In this document: positions 1 to 8,929 of the stretch, piece by piece
Numbering within the stretch: position 1 is the stretch's first letter
How the letters are laid out: each line of letters begins with the position of its first letter
Virus record (IMG/VR): IMGVR_UViG_3300044641_007115
Span: 1 to 64,000 of that record
Strand: one strand, 5' to 3'
DNA: 64,000 nt
Position numbers and translations under genes: made by a program
Notes under the pieces: generated by a model
Databases searched by the model: none
The model's input: the letters and a program-made list of their open reading frames with translations, nothing else
Told to the model about the DNA's origin: nothing

Positions 1-257
1 GTGACGCCTTCTACCAGCCCGGCGACATCGACACCGAACCGGGCTTGGATCTCTTGGATGGCGACGCCGCAATCTTCGACGACATCGTGTAGATGACCAG
101 ACGCCAGTAGTTCTGGATCGTCATCGAAGTTGTATTCGATCAGGACATCAACGACAGCATCGGTGTGGGTGGTGTATGGTTGGTGGCCGTAGGTTTGGCC
201 TTTATGCGCTTGCGCCGCGAACAGCCGCGCTTGTTCGACCAGATTTTTCATGGTCAT
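1..257 (-). CDS. RelA/SpoT-type HD-domain protein (small alarmone hydrolase-like), runs off the window edge; absent from ORF track
   Basis: Manual translation MTMKNLVEQARLFAAQAHKGQTYGHQPYTTHTDAVVDVL...LHDVVEDCGVAIQEIQARFGVDVAGLVEGV matches the SpoT/Mesh1 pattern AH.GQ...PY..H / LHD..ED / FG..VA.LV.GV; AAGGAAG upstream. Confidence 0.85.
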   Translation of the reverse strand, partial: MTMKNLVEQARLFAAQAHKGQTYGHQPYTTHTDAVVDVLIEYNFDDDPELLASGHLHDVVEDCGVAIQEIQARFGVDVAGLVEGV

Positions 258-852
258 CTTCCTTTAGATCAAACGTTAGAATGCCAATCAGCCAGTACTT
301 ATCGACCTTGGTGATATCGATTTGTTCCGGGTGTTTGGCGATGAATCGTCTGATCTCTTCCTTGGTGTAGTGCCAGTCGCGCCCGTTCGGTTTCGTTCCG
401 TGGATGATCCCGGTTTGGGTCATCTTTTCAATAGAGGGCTTGCCGATATGTAGATGCTTCGAAAGTTCCGTGGCATTGTAGCCATTGGCGTATAGAAGCT
501 CACGGACGCCGCCGATACGTCCAATCCGGGCCACGATAGCCGAAAGGGTGCGCGGAGTGTCAGGGAACGCCTTATTGAATAGCTGATGAAGTTGAACAGG
601 TGCCGTGGCGATGTTTTTCCACAGGAAGTCGTCTTCTTCCGGCGACCAGAAAAAAGCCGACTTGCGCGGTTTGGTCAGGCCAAGTTCAATCGCGCGCCGG
701 TTGACATCGTTTTCACTGTAGACCTTTTTAGTCTTCGAGCGAATCTCATCGATGGCAATGAGCGCGCAATTGTTACCTTTGTCCCGATGGTAGACATCCA
801 TGACGATGATGTCGATATCGGGAGTGAATGTGCGGGTGCTAGTTCGCGGCAT
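202..852 (-). CDS. Putative DNA-binding protein (Myb/SANT-like repeat plus excisionase/MerR-like HTH)
   Basis: FWSPEEDDFL motif; C-terminal YNATELSKHLHIGKPSIEKMTQTGII...WHYTKEEIRRF HTH pattern. Confidence 0.55.
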   Translation of the reverse strand: MPRTSTRTFTPDIDIIVMDVYHRDKGNNCALIAIDEIRSKTKKVYSENDVNRRAIELGLTKPRKSAFFWSPEEDDFLWKNIATAPVQLHQLFNKAFPDTPRTLSAIVARIGRIGGVRELLYANGYNATELSKHLHIGKPSIEKMTQTGIIHGTKPNGRDWHYTKEEIRRFIAKHPEQIDITKVDKYWLIGILTFDLKEDDHEKSGRTSAAVRGASA

Positions 853-1078
853 TGGCGGTGCTCACGCCGACCGCTGTCAGACCATTACGCATACGGACGG
901 AGTACCGTTCTTGCGGTGGTACCATTTGACGGATCAATTTCATCAGGGTCGTCGAAGTGATACCGTACTTGCGCATCAGATCGTTTTGAGACAGCACCCG
1001 GTAGTCTGCCCGGAACTGGTCCGGGTCGATTTCAACCGTATTGGCTTTACGACTCATAATCTCTAGGGTAACAGACAT
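839..1078 (-). CDS. Small hypothetical protein, possible HTH
   Basis: Tightly packed between neighbours; LSQNDLMRKYGITSTTL helix-turn-helix-like. Confidence 0.5.
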   Translation of the reverse strand: MSVTLEIMSRKANTVEIDPDQFRADYRVLSQNDLMRKYGITSTTLMKLIRQMVPPQERYSVRMRNGLTAVGVSTANAAN

Positions 1079-1081
1079 TTG

Positions 1082-1375
1082 TTATGCGTGCGGCAAATAG
1101 ATGCCGCGTTCCTCTTTCCTTGGGGTGATAGCGTAGTCCGGGGCAAGGTCAACCCACATCCGCCGGGCCGCGTCTCCACTCCGCTTCCGTCGCACGACGG
1201 CATTCCGCATATGCTTCCAGCCGTCTTTCTTTGTGAACCTTTCCCGTAGTGTTTTCAAGATGTTAGCCGCCCCGTCACCGGGAATCACTACCAGTCGGAC
1301 TTCAGTGCTAAGTGACTGAAAAGAAATGCCGTCCGCCCGGCGTTCGCACAAGATTTGGTTGGCCTTATCCTTCAC
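1082..1375 (-). CDS. Hypothetical protein
   Basis: GTG start about 7 nt downstream of a TTGACA-N17-GATAAT promoter. Confidence 0.5.
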   Translation of the reverse strand: MKDKANQILCERRADGISFQSLSTEVRLVVIPGDGAANILKTLRERFTKKDGWKHMRNAVVRRKRSGDAARRMWVDLAPDYAITPRKEERGIYLPHA

Positions 1376-1447
1376 GATTCCATTATCACCTATTCTGACG
1401 CATATGTCAAGCCTTTTTCTCTCCGGGCACGATCCTACATAACTTGT

Positions 1448-2026
1448 GTGAGCGAAAGGACTTTTGACATCGAAACAAAGCTAATCGGCCTCTTGCGTCT
1501 ATCCGAATCCAAAACGGAAGGCACGGAGCACGAAGCGGCGCTGGCGCTCGAAACGGCGATCCGGTTGGCGGCAAAGCACGGCATCAAGCTGTCGTCGTTG
1601 AATGATAAGAGAAACGAGTTTTCCAACACGAAAACATGGTTCCGGGGCGGCACTGCATCCAGTTCAGAGACGACTGAATATGTCGCGCCGGAATTCGTAC
1701 AGGTCGCCCGGTGGTGTAAGTTTGCGGAAGCGAATGGGTGGACCCGTTTCCGGCGGACGTATGACGCCAAGGAAGGGACGATCTATGCATATCGTATCGA
1801 GGGACGGACACCAAAACTTGAACTCCGTATCTTTGATCGACCGTGGGGTGATGTTGAATTTGAAGTCGTTCGCAACCCGGACCCGATCATCGGACAGTTC
1901 GAAGTGTGGATGAACAACATTTTCGACGTGATTCATCTTGGAGTGACCTATGAAGACCTTCGAGAGTGGGTGAATATGAATGGGCGGGCATTGCCTTCGA
2001 CAACGCCCCTAAATACTGGTGCATGA
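1448..2026 (+). CDS. DUF2786-like N-terminal domain protein
   Basis: KLIGLLRLSES...EHEAALALETAIRLAAKHGI matches the DUF2786 pattern; likely GTG start at 1448. Confidence 0.6.
   Translation: MSERTFDIETKLIGLLRLSESKTEGTEHEAALALETAIRLAAKHGIKLSSLNDKRNEFSNTKTWFRGGTASSSETTEYVAPEFVQVARWCKFAEANGWTRFRRTYDAKEGTIYAYRIEGRTPKLELRIFDRPWGDVEFEVVRNPDPIIGQFEVWMNNIFDVIHLGVTYEDLREWVNMNGRALPSTTPLNTGA
2009..2015 (+). promoter_or_regulatory. T4-type late promoter motif (C/A)TAAATA, representative of about 15 copies
   Basis: Also at 5986, 13245, 21219, 29583, 30284, 40713, 44396 (+) and 18646, 21191, 37074, 39382, 40655, 57162 (-). Confidence 0.75.
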
Positions 2027-2505
2027 AGCCACCTATTTCCGACCGGATCAACGACGCATTAGGGTTATCGTCGTTTGAAGAATCCGTCGAAGCGATGTCG
2101 CCAACAGTGGATGTTGTTGCACCGGTGCCGACAGATGAGATAGCCCCGGTGTGTGTCGCTACGGGTGACCCGGAGCGGGATGCGGACGCCGATCTCCAGT
2201 ATGCGCGGCAAAATCTTCGGGTGATGCAAGAGAAGGCGCAAGAAGCTGTGGACGCTTGTATGGACTTCGCCCGGCAATCGGACAACCCGAAAGCCTATGA
2301 AGCACTGGCACAAATCCTACAGGCGGGCATTACAGCATCCACGGCTCTGATGGGAGTCAACAAGACCCGCACCGACATTCGACTGAAAAGCGGCAAGGAT
2401 GGTTCTGTCGCTCCGAACGTAAATAATACAGCCGTCGTGATTACGACTACGGATCTTTTGAAAATGGTCCGGGAATCCAACGAAGTTATTGACGCGGAGA
2501 TATAG
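2023..2505 (+). CDS. gp16: Terminase small subunit (T4 gp16-like)
   Basis: DLQYARQNL...A...A...DNPKAYEALAQIL and C-terminal NNTAVVITTTDLLKM; late promoter motif upstream. Confidence 0.8.
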   Translation: MKPPISDRINDALGLSSFEESVEAMSPTVDVVAPVPTDEIAPVCVATGDPERDADADLQYARQNLRVMQEKAQEAVDACMDFARQSDNPKAYEALAQILQAGITASTALMGVNKTRTDIRLKSGKDGSVAPNVNNTAVVITTTDLLKMVRESNEVIDAEI

Positions 2506-2508
2506 AAA

Positions 2509-3576
2509 GTGCCTAATCCCAACACAGCCAAATTCCCATCGGAGTTGCCGACCGATAACGATCTGCAAGTCGCCTCACGGCGCGCAATCGGTAATCTTGA
2601 CGAAGACATCACAACCAATAGCACCACGTTTCGTATCAAGGTTGGGCAAGGCTTGCGCTTTCAGGTACCCTGTCTGATTCAAGTCGATCAGGAAATCATG
2701 CGGGTCAAAGCCAAGACCGGCGACATTCTCCAACAGATCGACCGTGGATTCGCGGGATCGAATGCGACACCGCACTCCAACAACACCGAAATCCGTGGCT
2801 ACATTCTGGACTGGCACCACAATCAGATGGCGGCGGAAATCAAAGCCATCGCTCAGGCGCTTGGTATCAACTTGGCGAATGTGGTGCGACACGTCGATGT
2901 CACGTCCAACGGAGACATCACAGGTGTGTTCAACAACCTTGTGCTGAAGCCGGTTGGCACAGCGGGCACATATGGCGGCGCGGGCAAGTGGCTACAGATC
3001 ACAACCGACTCGAAAGGTCGGGTGGTCTTAGCGACGAATCAAGACGGATACCGATACTTCCCGATCTTCTACAAGGCGGCAATCGTTCAAGGAACAAATG
3101 CGGTCCTTGGTTTTTCATTTGCTAACGTGGATGCGCCGAACGCGGTTCCGGTGACGGGAACAAACGGAAGTCTCTTCGCGGTGGCATCATTCACACAGAC
3201 GAATGAGTATTGGGTACAGGACCATTTCACGCTCCCTGAAGATTGGGATGACGAAGAGCCGGTGACCGTGGATATCATCTGGCGCATCAACGCAACGTCT
3301 GGCAATGTGAAGTGGAAGCTGTGGACGACTTCGATGCGCAACGGATCGGATTCCGATCCGGCTTTCCAGTTAACGCCGGACAGTGTAACGACTACCGTAC
3401 CGACCCCGGCCTATACGGTTGTGCGGTCGATCATTCCGGCGATGCATGTGAATGGATTCCAAGCCGGGGATGAAGTCTTTTTCAAGTTCGCCCGTGCTGA
3501 TGACGACACAGCGGCGGCGGCGGCGGAATTGATTGCTCTGCGGTTCAACATCGCACGTAAGTTCACTTTGTTCTAA
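2509..3576 (+). CDS. Virion structural/tail-associated protein
   Basis: N-terminal ~120 aa paralogous to 13261..14238 (PNPNT..FP...PTD ... HHNQ.AAEI); tail-fibre-like linker GTYG...QITTDSKGRV. Confidence 0.65.
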   Translation: MPNPNTAKFPSELPTDNDLQVASRRAIGNLDEDITTNSTTFRIKVGQGLRFQVPCLIQVDQEIMRVKAKTGDILQQIDRGFAGSNATPHSNNTEIRGYILDWHHNQMAAEIKAIAQALGINLANVVRHVDVTSNGDITGVFNNLVLKPVGTAGTYGGAGKWLQITTDSKGRVVLATNQDGYRYFPIFYKAAIVQGTNAVLGFSFANVDAPNAVPVTGTNGSLFAVASFTQTNEYWVQDHFTLPEDWDDEEPVTVDIIWRINATSGNVKWKLWTTSMRNGSDSDPAFQLTPDSVTTTVPTPAYTVVRSIIPAMHVNGFQAGDEVFFKFARADDDTAAAAAELIALRFNIARKFTLF

Positions 3577-3585
3577 GAGGTACTG

Positions 3586-4599
3586 ATGGCACTACAGTTC
3601 ATGGAAGGATTTGACCACTACACGACAGGCCAAGCCGGTCGCAAGTGGACTTCTGTCGTCGGAAACGGGGCAATCGTCGCGCCGGGCCGCTTTGGTGGTC
3701 AGGCGTGGCAGTTCAACAATGTCGGCACCACCAGCTATTTGGAACAGAACCTCACCGCACGGGATACCTTCATCCTTGGTGTGGCGCTTCAGATCGGCTA
3801 CGGTGATGCGACCACGCCGATCATTCGGTTCATGGATGACAACAACGACCAAGTAGACATCCGTGTCACATCAACCGCCGGGTTTCAATTCACGCGCGCC
3901 GGTGTTCCATTAGGGACCACGGCGGACAACGTGATCGCGTTCGGTTACTTCAACTACATCGAAGCCAAGGTATTGGTTGATAACACGGTTGGATACGTTC
4001 AGTTGCGTATTAACGGCGCGGAAGTACTGAACGTTCCGGCGCTGGATACACAAGCAACTTCAAACTCCCGGATCAACAAGATTCGATTCCAGCCTTTCTC
4101 AAACAGCGGTTCGTATGATATGCGGTTGGATGACATCTACATCTTGGACGATACGGGAACATTCGACAATGCCTTTCTTGGTGAATGCCGGGTTGAGACT
4201 CGGTTTCCGTCCGCCAATGGTGCATTTGTAGAATTCACACCGGTTGGCGCGGGATCGAATTTTCAATGTGTCGATGAGACGACCAGTAACGAAGATACCG
4301 ACTACACGCAAGGAAACATCGTCGGCAACCGCGATTTGTTCACTGTTTCAACCTACAGCTTTGTGGGTCAGGTGTATGGTGTTCAGGTCAGTGTGACCCA
4401 TCGGAAAGACGACGTAGGTAACCGTATTGTGGCACCGCTGGCGCGGGTCAATAGCACGCTATACGAAGGATCACAGGATACGTGTTTGAGCCAATACAAA
4501 ATGGCAAAGAAGATTTGGGAGAGAAACCCGAACACAAACGCACAATGGACCGTAGCTGACGTGAATGCGGGACAGTACGGAATTATCGTCAAGGGATAA
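3586..4599 (+). CDS. Tail-associated beta-rich protein, paralog 1 (MAL.FM.GFDHY family)
   Basis: Paralogous to next gene over full length (DD.YI.D, GE.RV.T..P.A.G, HRKDDVG.R.VAP). Confidence 0.65.
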   Translation: MALQFMEGFDHYTTGQAGRKWTSVVGNGAIVAPGRFGGQAWQFNNVGTTSYLEQNLTARDTFILGVALQIGYGDATTPIIRFMDDNNDQVDIRVTSTAGFQFTRAGVPLGTTADNVIAFGYFNYIEAKVLVDNTVGYVQLRINGAEVLNVPALDTQATSNSRINKIRFQPFSNSGSYDMRLDDIYILDDTGTFDNAFLGECRVETRFPSANGAFVEFTPVGAGSNFQCVDETTSNEDTDYTQGNIVGNRDLFTVSTYSFVGQVYGVQVSVTHRKDDVGNRIVAPLARVNSTLYEGSQDTCLSQYKMAKKIWERNPNTNAQWTVADVNAGQYGIIVKG

Positions 4600-4602
4600 A
4601 AA

Positions 4603-5721
4603 ATGGCTCTGCTCTTCATGGATGGTTTCGACCATTACAACTACAACGGGACCGCACAGAAGAAATGGGACAATCCAATTGCCTTCAGCGGGTATACCAG
4701 TGGCGCTTCATCGGGTCGATTCAGTACTGGTGGAGTCAGCCCGAATGGATCGGGAAACCTCTTCTGTCATCAGTGGGCCGGGATGAACAAGACATTCGTT
4801 TGGACTCCCACTCCCCCATCGGAACTCATCATTGGATTTGCAGCGAAGTTTGATTTCACTTCAGAGGTTCATCCTTTTCTTCAGATCCTTGGCGACAACG
4901 GCAGACCGCAAGTTCAGTTTTGGTTAGACGCGATTGGCGGCGATATCAAACTGGTTCTGGCTGATCCAGCGGCGCTTGCCGTTCCGGTGAGTGATACTCC
5001 TTTTCCGACCGGCACGCTCATTGCGAACACCGGGTTTGTTCCGCCGATTGGTTTGTGGTTCTACTTCGAAACGAAGATTCTTTTCAGCACAGGATCAACG
5101 GGGCGAATTGACATTCAGTTGGACTCTACTCCCTTTGTGAGTATCACCAACATCAAAACATCCAACACCGGGACCAGCTATTTCAAGGGATGGCGGATCA
5201 CGGGACTAGAACAGTTCAGTTCCGGCTTCACCATCGACGATCTTTATATCGCGGACAATCTTCCGGGCAACATAACGGATTTCGTGGGTGAAGTACGGGT
5301 ACAGACCATGTATCCCGATGCGGAAGGGTTCCAGAACGATTTCTTTCCTTCAACCGGCACCAACAATGCTACCAACGTCAACTTGGCCCGGACAAACTGG
5401 ACGGAAACGACTCCGACCGCGAAGTATAACTTCTCAGGCACGATCAACGCCATCGACCTGTACAGCATCGGCAACTACACCATCGCCGGAACCATCTTTG
5501 GCGTCCAAGCGAATTTGTCTCATCGTAAAGATGACGTAGGCGCGCGACGTGTCGCACCTATTCTTCGAACGGGTGGAAACATCTACGTCGGGGATGATGT
5601 GCCGCAATACTCCGACTATACGTGGGCCGGGCACATTTGGGAAGAGAATCCGGCACTAGCCTTGCCGTGGACTTTGACCGAACTGAATCAGGCCGAATTC
5701 GGTATCAAGATCGTCAGCTAA
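4603..5721 (+). CDS. Tail-associated beta-rich protein, paralog 2
   Basis: Shared motifs with 3586..4599. Confidence 0.65.
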   Translation: MALLFMDGFDHYNYNGTAQKKWDNPIAFSGYTSGASSGRFSTGGVSPNGSGNLFCHQWAGMNKTFVWTPTPPSELIIGFAAKFDFTSEVHPFLQILGDNGRPQVQFWLDAIGGDIKLVLADPAALAVPVSDTPFPTGTLIANTGFVPPIGLWFYFETKILFSTGSTGRIDIQLDSTPFVSITNIKTSNTGTSYFKGWRITGLEQFSSGFTIDDLYIADNLPGNITDFVGEVRVQTMYPDAEGFQNDFFPSTGTNNATNVNLARTNWTETTPTAKYNFSGTINAIDLYSIGNYTIAGTIFGVQANLSHRKDDVGARRVAPILRTGGNIYVGDDVPQYSDYTWAGHIWEENPALALPWTLTELNQAEFGIKIVS

Positions 5722-5740
5722 GACAGACCATAAAAACACA

Positions 5741-5780
5741 GCGGCTCACCATCAACCGGTTTGGTGGTGAGCCGCCTTTT
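5741..5780. terminator. Bidirectional intrinsic terminator
   Basis: gcggctcacc...ggtgagccgc stem with T-runs on both strands. Confidence 0.8.
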
Positions 5781-5940
5781 TGTGCCCGAACCGAAGTCTT
5801 GGAGCATTCATCCTTTCGTCAAAACGCTGTTCGTTGTATCCCGAATCTTTTTCTATCCCAATAGACTTTTGAGCTTGTGGCCCTACTCTGGCCGGTTCAG
5901 TTTGAACGGAAGATCGCGACCCGGAATCGTCTTCAACCAT
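5752..5940 (-). CDS. Possible 62-aa protein (or sRNA) antisense within the tail cluster
   Basis: Lies between a TTGACA-N17-TACAAT promoter (5979-5951) and the 5741 terminator. Confidence 0.3.
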   Translation of the reverse strand: MVEDDSGSRSSVQTEPARVGPQAQKSIGIEKDSGYNEQRFDERMNAPRLRFGHKKAAHHQTG

Positions 5941-6001
5941 TCACATTTTGATTGTATCCGACACCTACCCCTATGTCAATCCCTTCTAAATAGTTTTCGA
6001 A

Positions 6002-6886
6002 ATGAGCCTTCAATACGCAACTGGAACGAACGTCCATGCTACGGTCGCGGCGGACAACAAGACCACACTGATCGGAAACATCCAAACGCAACTCACAACC
6101 GCCGGATGGACCGTGGTTTCCGGCGGCGGCACAACTGACGTAAGAATGGCATGCGCGGCGACTCCCCAAGGAAATCAAATCCGCGTTCGGATCTTCGACG
6201 GCGGCGGCAACTGTGTTCGCATCCGGGTCATGAATGTCGCGGAAACCATTGTCATGACCGACAGCGGATACCTTCTTCCGGCGACCAGCAAAACCTTCAT
6301 CATCAACGCTACCCGTCATCAGTTTGCGATTTGGTGCGGCGGATCAGACAGCACGCGCGATTTTGTGATGGTGTCAGCAATGTACATTCCGACGCATCTG
6401 ACCGGTATCACCACACTAGCCTTTCTGATGAGTCAATCGGTCAACGATACCGACACGACCGACCGTGGCAGTTTCCGGGTCAGCACTTCCTTGCGTCACC
6501 CGTCGAACGGATTCAATGGAAATTTCTTCGGCTTGGTCAACAGCACGGTTATGGAACATGTCGGTGATGGCACTACGACCGCAAGACAGGGCGTGCCGGG
6601 GCTTCTCTTACCCCGCCCGGCGGATAACACAACGACGCCACAGCAAGCGATGTGGCACGACTCTTCGTCGTTCATCTTGGAGCCGCTGATGGGATGGGGT
6701 CTTTCGGACATCAATGATCCGTGGCGGATCTACGGCCAAATCTGGAATGCGGCGATCAACACCGAAGCGTTCACGATGGATCAGGTGCCGACCGCATTCA
6801 ACGGGAAGAACTGGATCAACCTGACCAGCAACAACACCGGCAACAACTATTCGGCCCGTGGAAGCCTGTTCTTGACCACACCGTAA
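6002..6886 (+). CDS. Tail-associated protein, QY-family paralog 1 (short form)
   Basis: Shares PQG..R.RI.D.G.NC and C-terminal W.A.I....G.NW..IT.NN.G...GSLF with three downstream genes. Confidence 0.65.
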   Translation: MSLQYATGTNVHATVAADNKTTLIGNIQTQLTTAGWTVVSGGGTTDVRMACAATPQGNQIRVRIFDGGGNCVRIRVMNVAETIVMTDSGYLLPATSKTFIINATRHQFAIWCGGSDSTRDFVMVSAMYIPTHLTGITTLAFLMSQSVNDTDTTDRGSFRVSTSLRHPSNGFNGNFFGLVNSTVMEHVGDGTTTARQGVPGLLLPRPADNTTTPQQAMWHDSSSFILEPLMGWGLSDINDPWRIYGQIWNAAINTEAFTMDQVPTAFNGKNWINLTSNNTGNNYSARGSLFLTTP

Positions 6887-6905
6887 TCGGGAGAGACACA
6901 ACTGA

Positions 6906-7292
6906 ATGTCCCAACTATCAGACTACGCGGAAAACGCCCTATTCAATGCTCTCTTGCGCAACGTAGCTTTTACGTCGCCTACGACAGTGTATGTCGCACT
7001 TTTCACAACCAACCCGACCGATGCCGGGAGTGGCACAGAAGTTTCGGTTGGTAACTACGTCCGCCAGCCTGTGACCTTCGGGGCACCGTCGAACGGCGTG
7101 GGTTCAAACAGTGGACAAGTCACATGGGACCCGGCTTCGGTTGCATTTGGAACGATCACGCACGTCGGTCTATACGACGCGGCGACCAGTGGCAATCTGC
7201 TGATGCATGCGGCGTTAGCGGCATCGAAAGTCATTGGCGCGGGAGACATTTTCCGTATCTCGATTGGATCACTGGTCGCAACGTTTGCTTAA
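6906..7292 (+). CDS. Small tail-associated structural protein (SDY.EN.L family)
   Basis: YVALFT..PTDAG.GTEVS...Y.RQ...F...GNLL motif common in phage minor tail proteins. Confidence 0.7.
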   Translation: MSQLSDYAENALFNALLRNVAFTSPTTVYVALFTTNPTDAGSGTEVSVGNYVRQPVTFGAPSNGVGSNSGQVTWDPASVAFGTITHVGLYDAATSGNLLMHAALAASKVIGAGDIFRISIGSLVATFA

Positions 7293-7304
7293 GAGGTAGC
7301 TACT

Positions 7305-7706
7305 ATGCCAATGAGTTTCTACCTTCAGAATCGGGTCCTGCAAGCTACGCTCCAAGGGGATGTTTTCACTTGGCCCACAGCTATGTTTGTCGGACTCCAC
7401 ACCGCCGATCCAACAGCATCAACGGCGACAGCATTGACCACGGAAGTCACGGGTAATGGATACCTTCGCCAAGCGGCGACGTTCACGGAGCCTGACGGAA
7501 GCTATTTGACGTTCAACACGGCGGATATCACGTTCGGCCCGGCGAATCCAAATGCATGGGGAGCGATTACGTTCATAAGTATTTGGGACGCGGCATCAAG
7601 CGGAAATCTTTTGTACTACGGAGCACTGAGTTCAACCGTCACGATCAATGCTCTTGATTCATTTTTGTTGGCAAGTGGCGGGTTGAGTATACAGTTCACA
7701 ATCTAA
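7305..7706 (+). CDS. Small tail-associated structural protein, paralog
   Basis: Same motif set as 6906..7292. Confidence 0.7.
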   Translation: MPMSFYLQNRVLQATLQGDVFTWPTAMFVGLHTADPTASTATALTTEVTGNGYLRQAATFTEPDGSYLTFNTADITFGPANPNAWGAITFISIWDAASSGNLLYYGALSSTVTINALDSFLLASGGLSIQFTI

Positions 7707-8923
7707 TGGCAATTCAGTACGTTGACAGAAATGGTGACGCGGTAGGAACGGTTTCCGGGCCTTACACGATCAGTGCGTCCAATGATAAGCTGACATTCAC
7801 CATCGATGGTGGCGCTGCACAGAACTTCACTTTGACAAGTGGAACCAGAACAGCCGCTCAAATCGTTGCGGACTTGGCGGGATTGACCGGGGCGACTGCT
7901 AGTGTAGTTTCAATTCCGGGCGGCGCTGAATATGTTCGAATTCGAACGACCAGCGCTCTTGGAACCGGTTCCACAATTCTTGTTGGAGCACCGGCCAATA
8001 ATGCCAATGCGACGCTTGGTTTTTTGGCAACAACCTACAACGGTGGAGCAAACGTTAGCGCTTCATTCGTGACTAGCACAAAAGCCAACATTCGAGACAA
8101 CCTTGAAACTCAATTACTTGCCGCCGGGTGGCTCACAATTTCCGGGTCGGGTACGACGAACCTTCTAATGCAATCTGCGATGACTCCGCAAGGTCTTCGC
8201 ATGCGGCTTCGTATCCGTGACAACGGCAACACATGTTTGGTTCTGTCTATCGAAAACGCACAAGGTTCGCGCGCGCACGCAAGCAACACGAACAGCGGAG
8301 CACAATTGAATCCGGGATCAAGCCGGAACTGGCGAATCATCGCTAACAAGTATCAAGCCTTTTTGTTCGAACCGGGCGGGAATGTGGCACGTGGTTATGC
8401 TGGATGGGGTGTGTTGTGGATTCCACCGTGGTTGGAAGGCCAAATTTGGGAATGTATTTGGTTGAGTAGCAATGCTTCGAGCGATTCCGATACAACCGTT
8501 CGCGGAAGTTTCCGGGGAGAATTCGGGACGCGCGGGGCGACGAATCAAACAGGCAACCAACAGATCATTGGCAATGGGAACATGTGGGAGAATGCCAACA
8601 ACACCGGAAACGACAATATAACCTTAATCAACTTGCTTGTTTTGTGGCAAGGATGTAACATGGCCCGCAATGCGCTGTCGTGGTACCGGTGGCACGACGA
8701 TGCCGCTTTGATACTCGAACCCTTCATGGCATTCACAATGGTGGCTAACATTGCTGAAGAAGCCAAAGTAAGAGGAACTCTTTGGGACGCTTTCATTTCG
8801 ATGGAGCAATACGCCATCGATACAACCACGACAATGGATGGACGGAACTGGTGGAACATCACGAATAACAATGCTGGCGGCACAGATACCGCTCACGGAT
8901 CTCTTTTCATCGCAACATCGTAA
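7706..8923 (+). CDS. Tail-associated protein, QY-family paralog 2
   Basis: MAIQYVDRN start; WRIIANKYQ; WHDD...EP. Confidence 0.65.
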   Translation: MAIQYVDRNGDAVGTVSGPYTISASNDKLTFTIDGGAAQNFTLTSGTRTAAQIVADLAGLTGATASVVSIPGGAEYVRIRTTSALGTGSTILVGAPANNANATLGFLATTYNGGANVSASFVTSTKANIRDNLETQLLAAGWLTISGSGTTNLLMQSAMTPQGLRMRLRIRDNGNTCLVLSIENAQGSRAHASNTNSGAQLNPGSSRNWRIIANKYQAFLFEPGGNVARGYAGWGVLWIPPWLEGQIWECIWLSSNASSDSDTTVRGSFRGEFGTRGATNQTGNQQIIGNGNMWENANNTGNDNITLINLLVLWQGCNMARNALSWYRWHDDAALILEPFMAFTMVANIAEEAKVRGTLWDAFISMEQYAIDTTTTMDGRNWWNITNNNAGGTDTAHGSLFIATS

Positions 8924-8929
8924 ACTACT

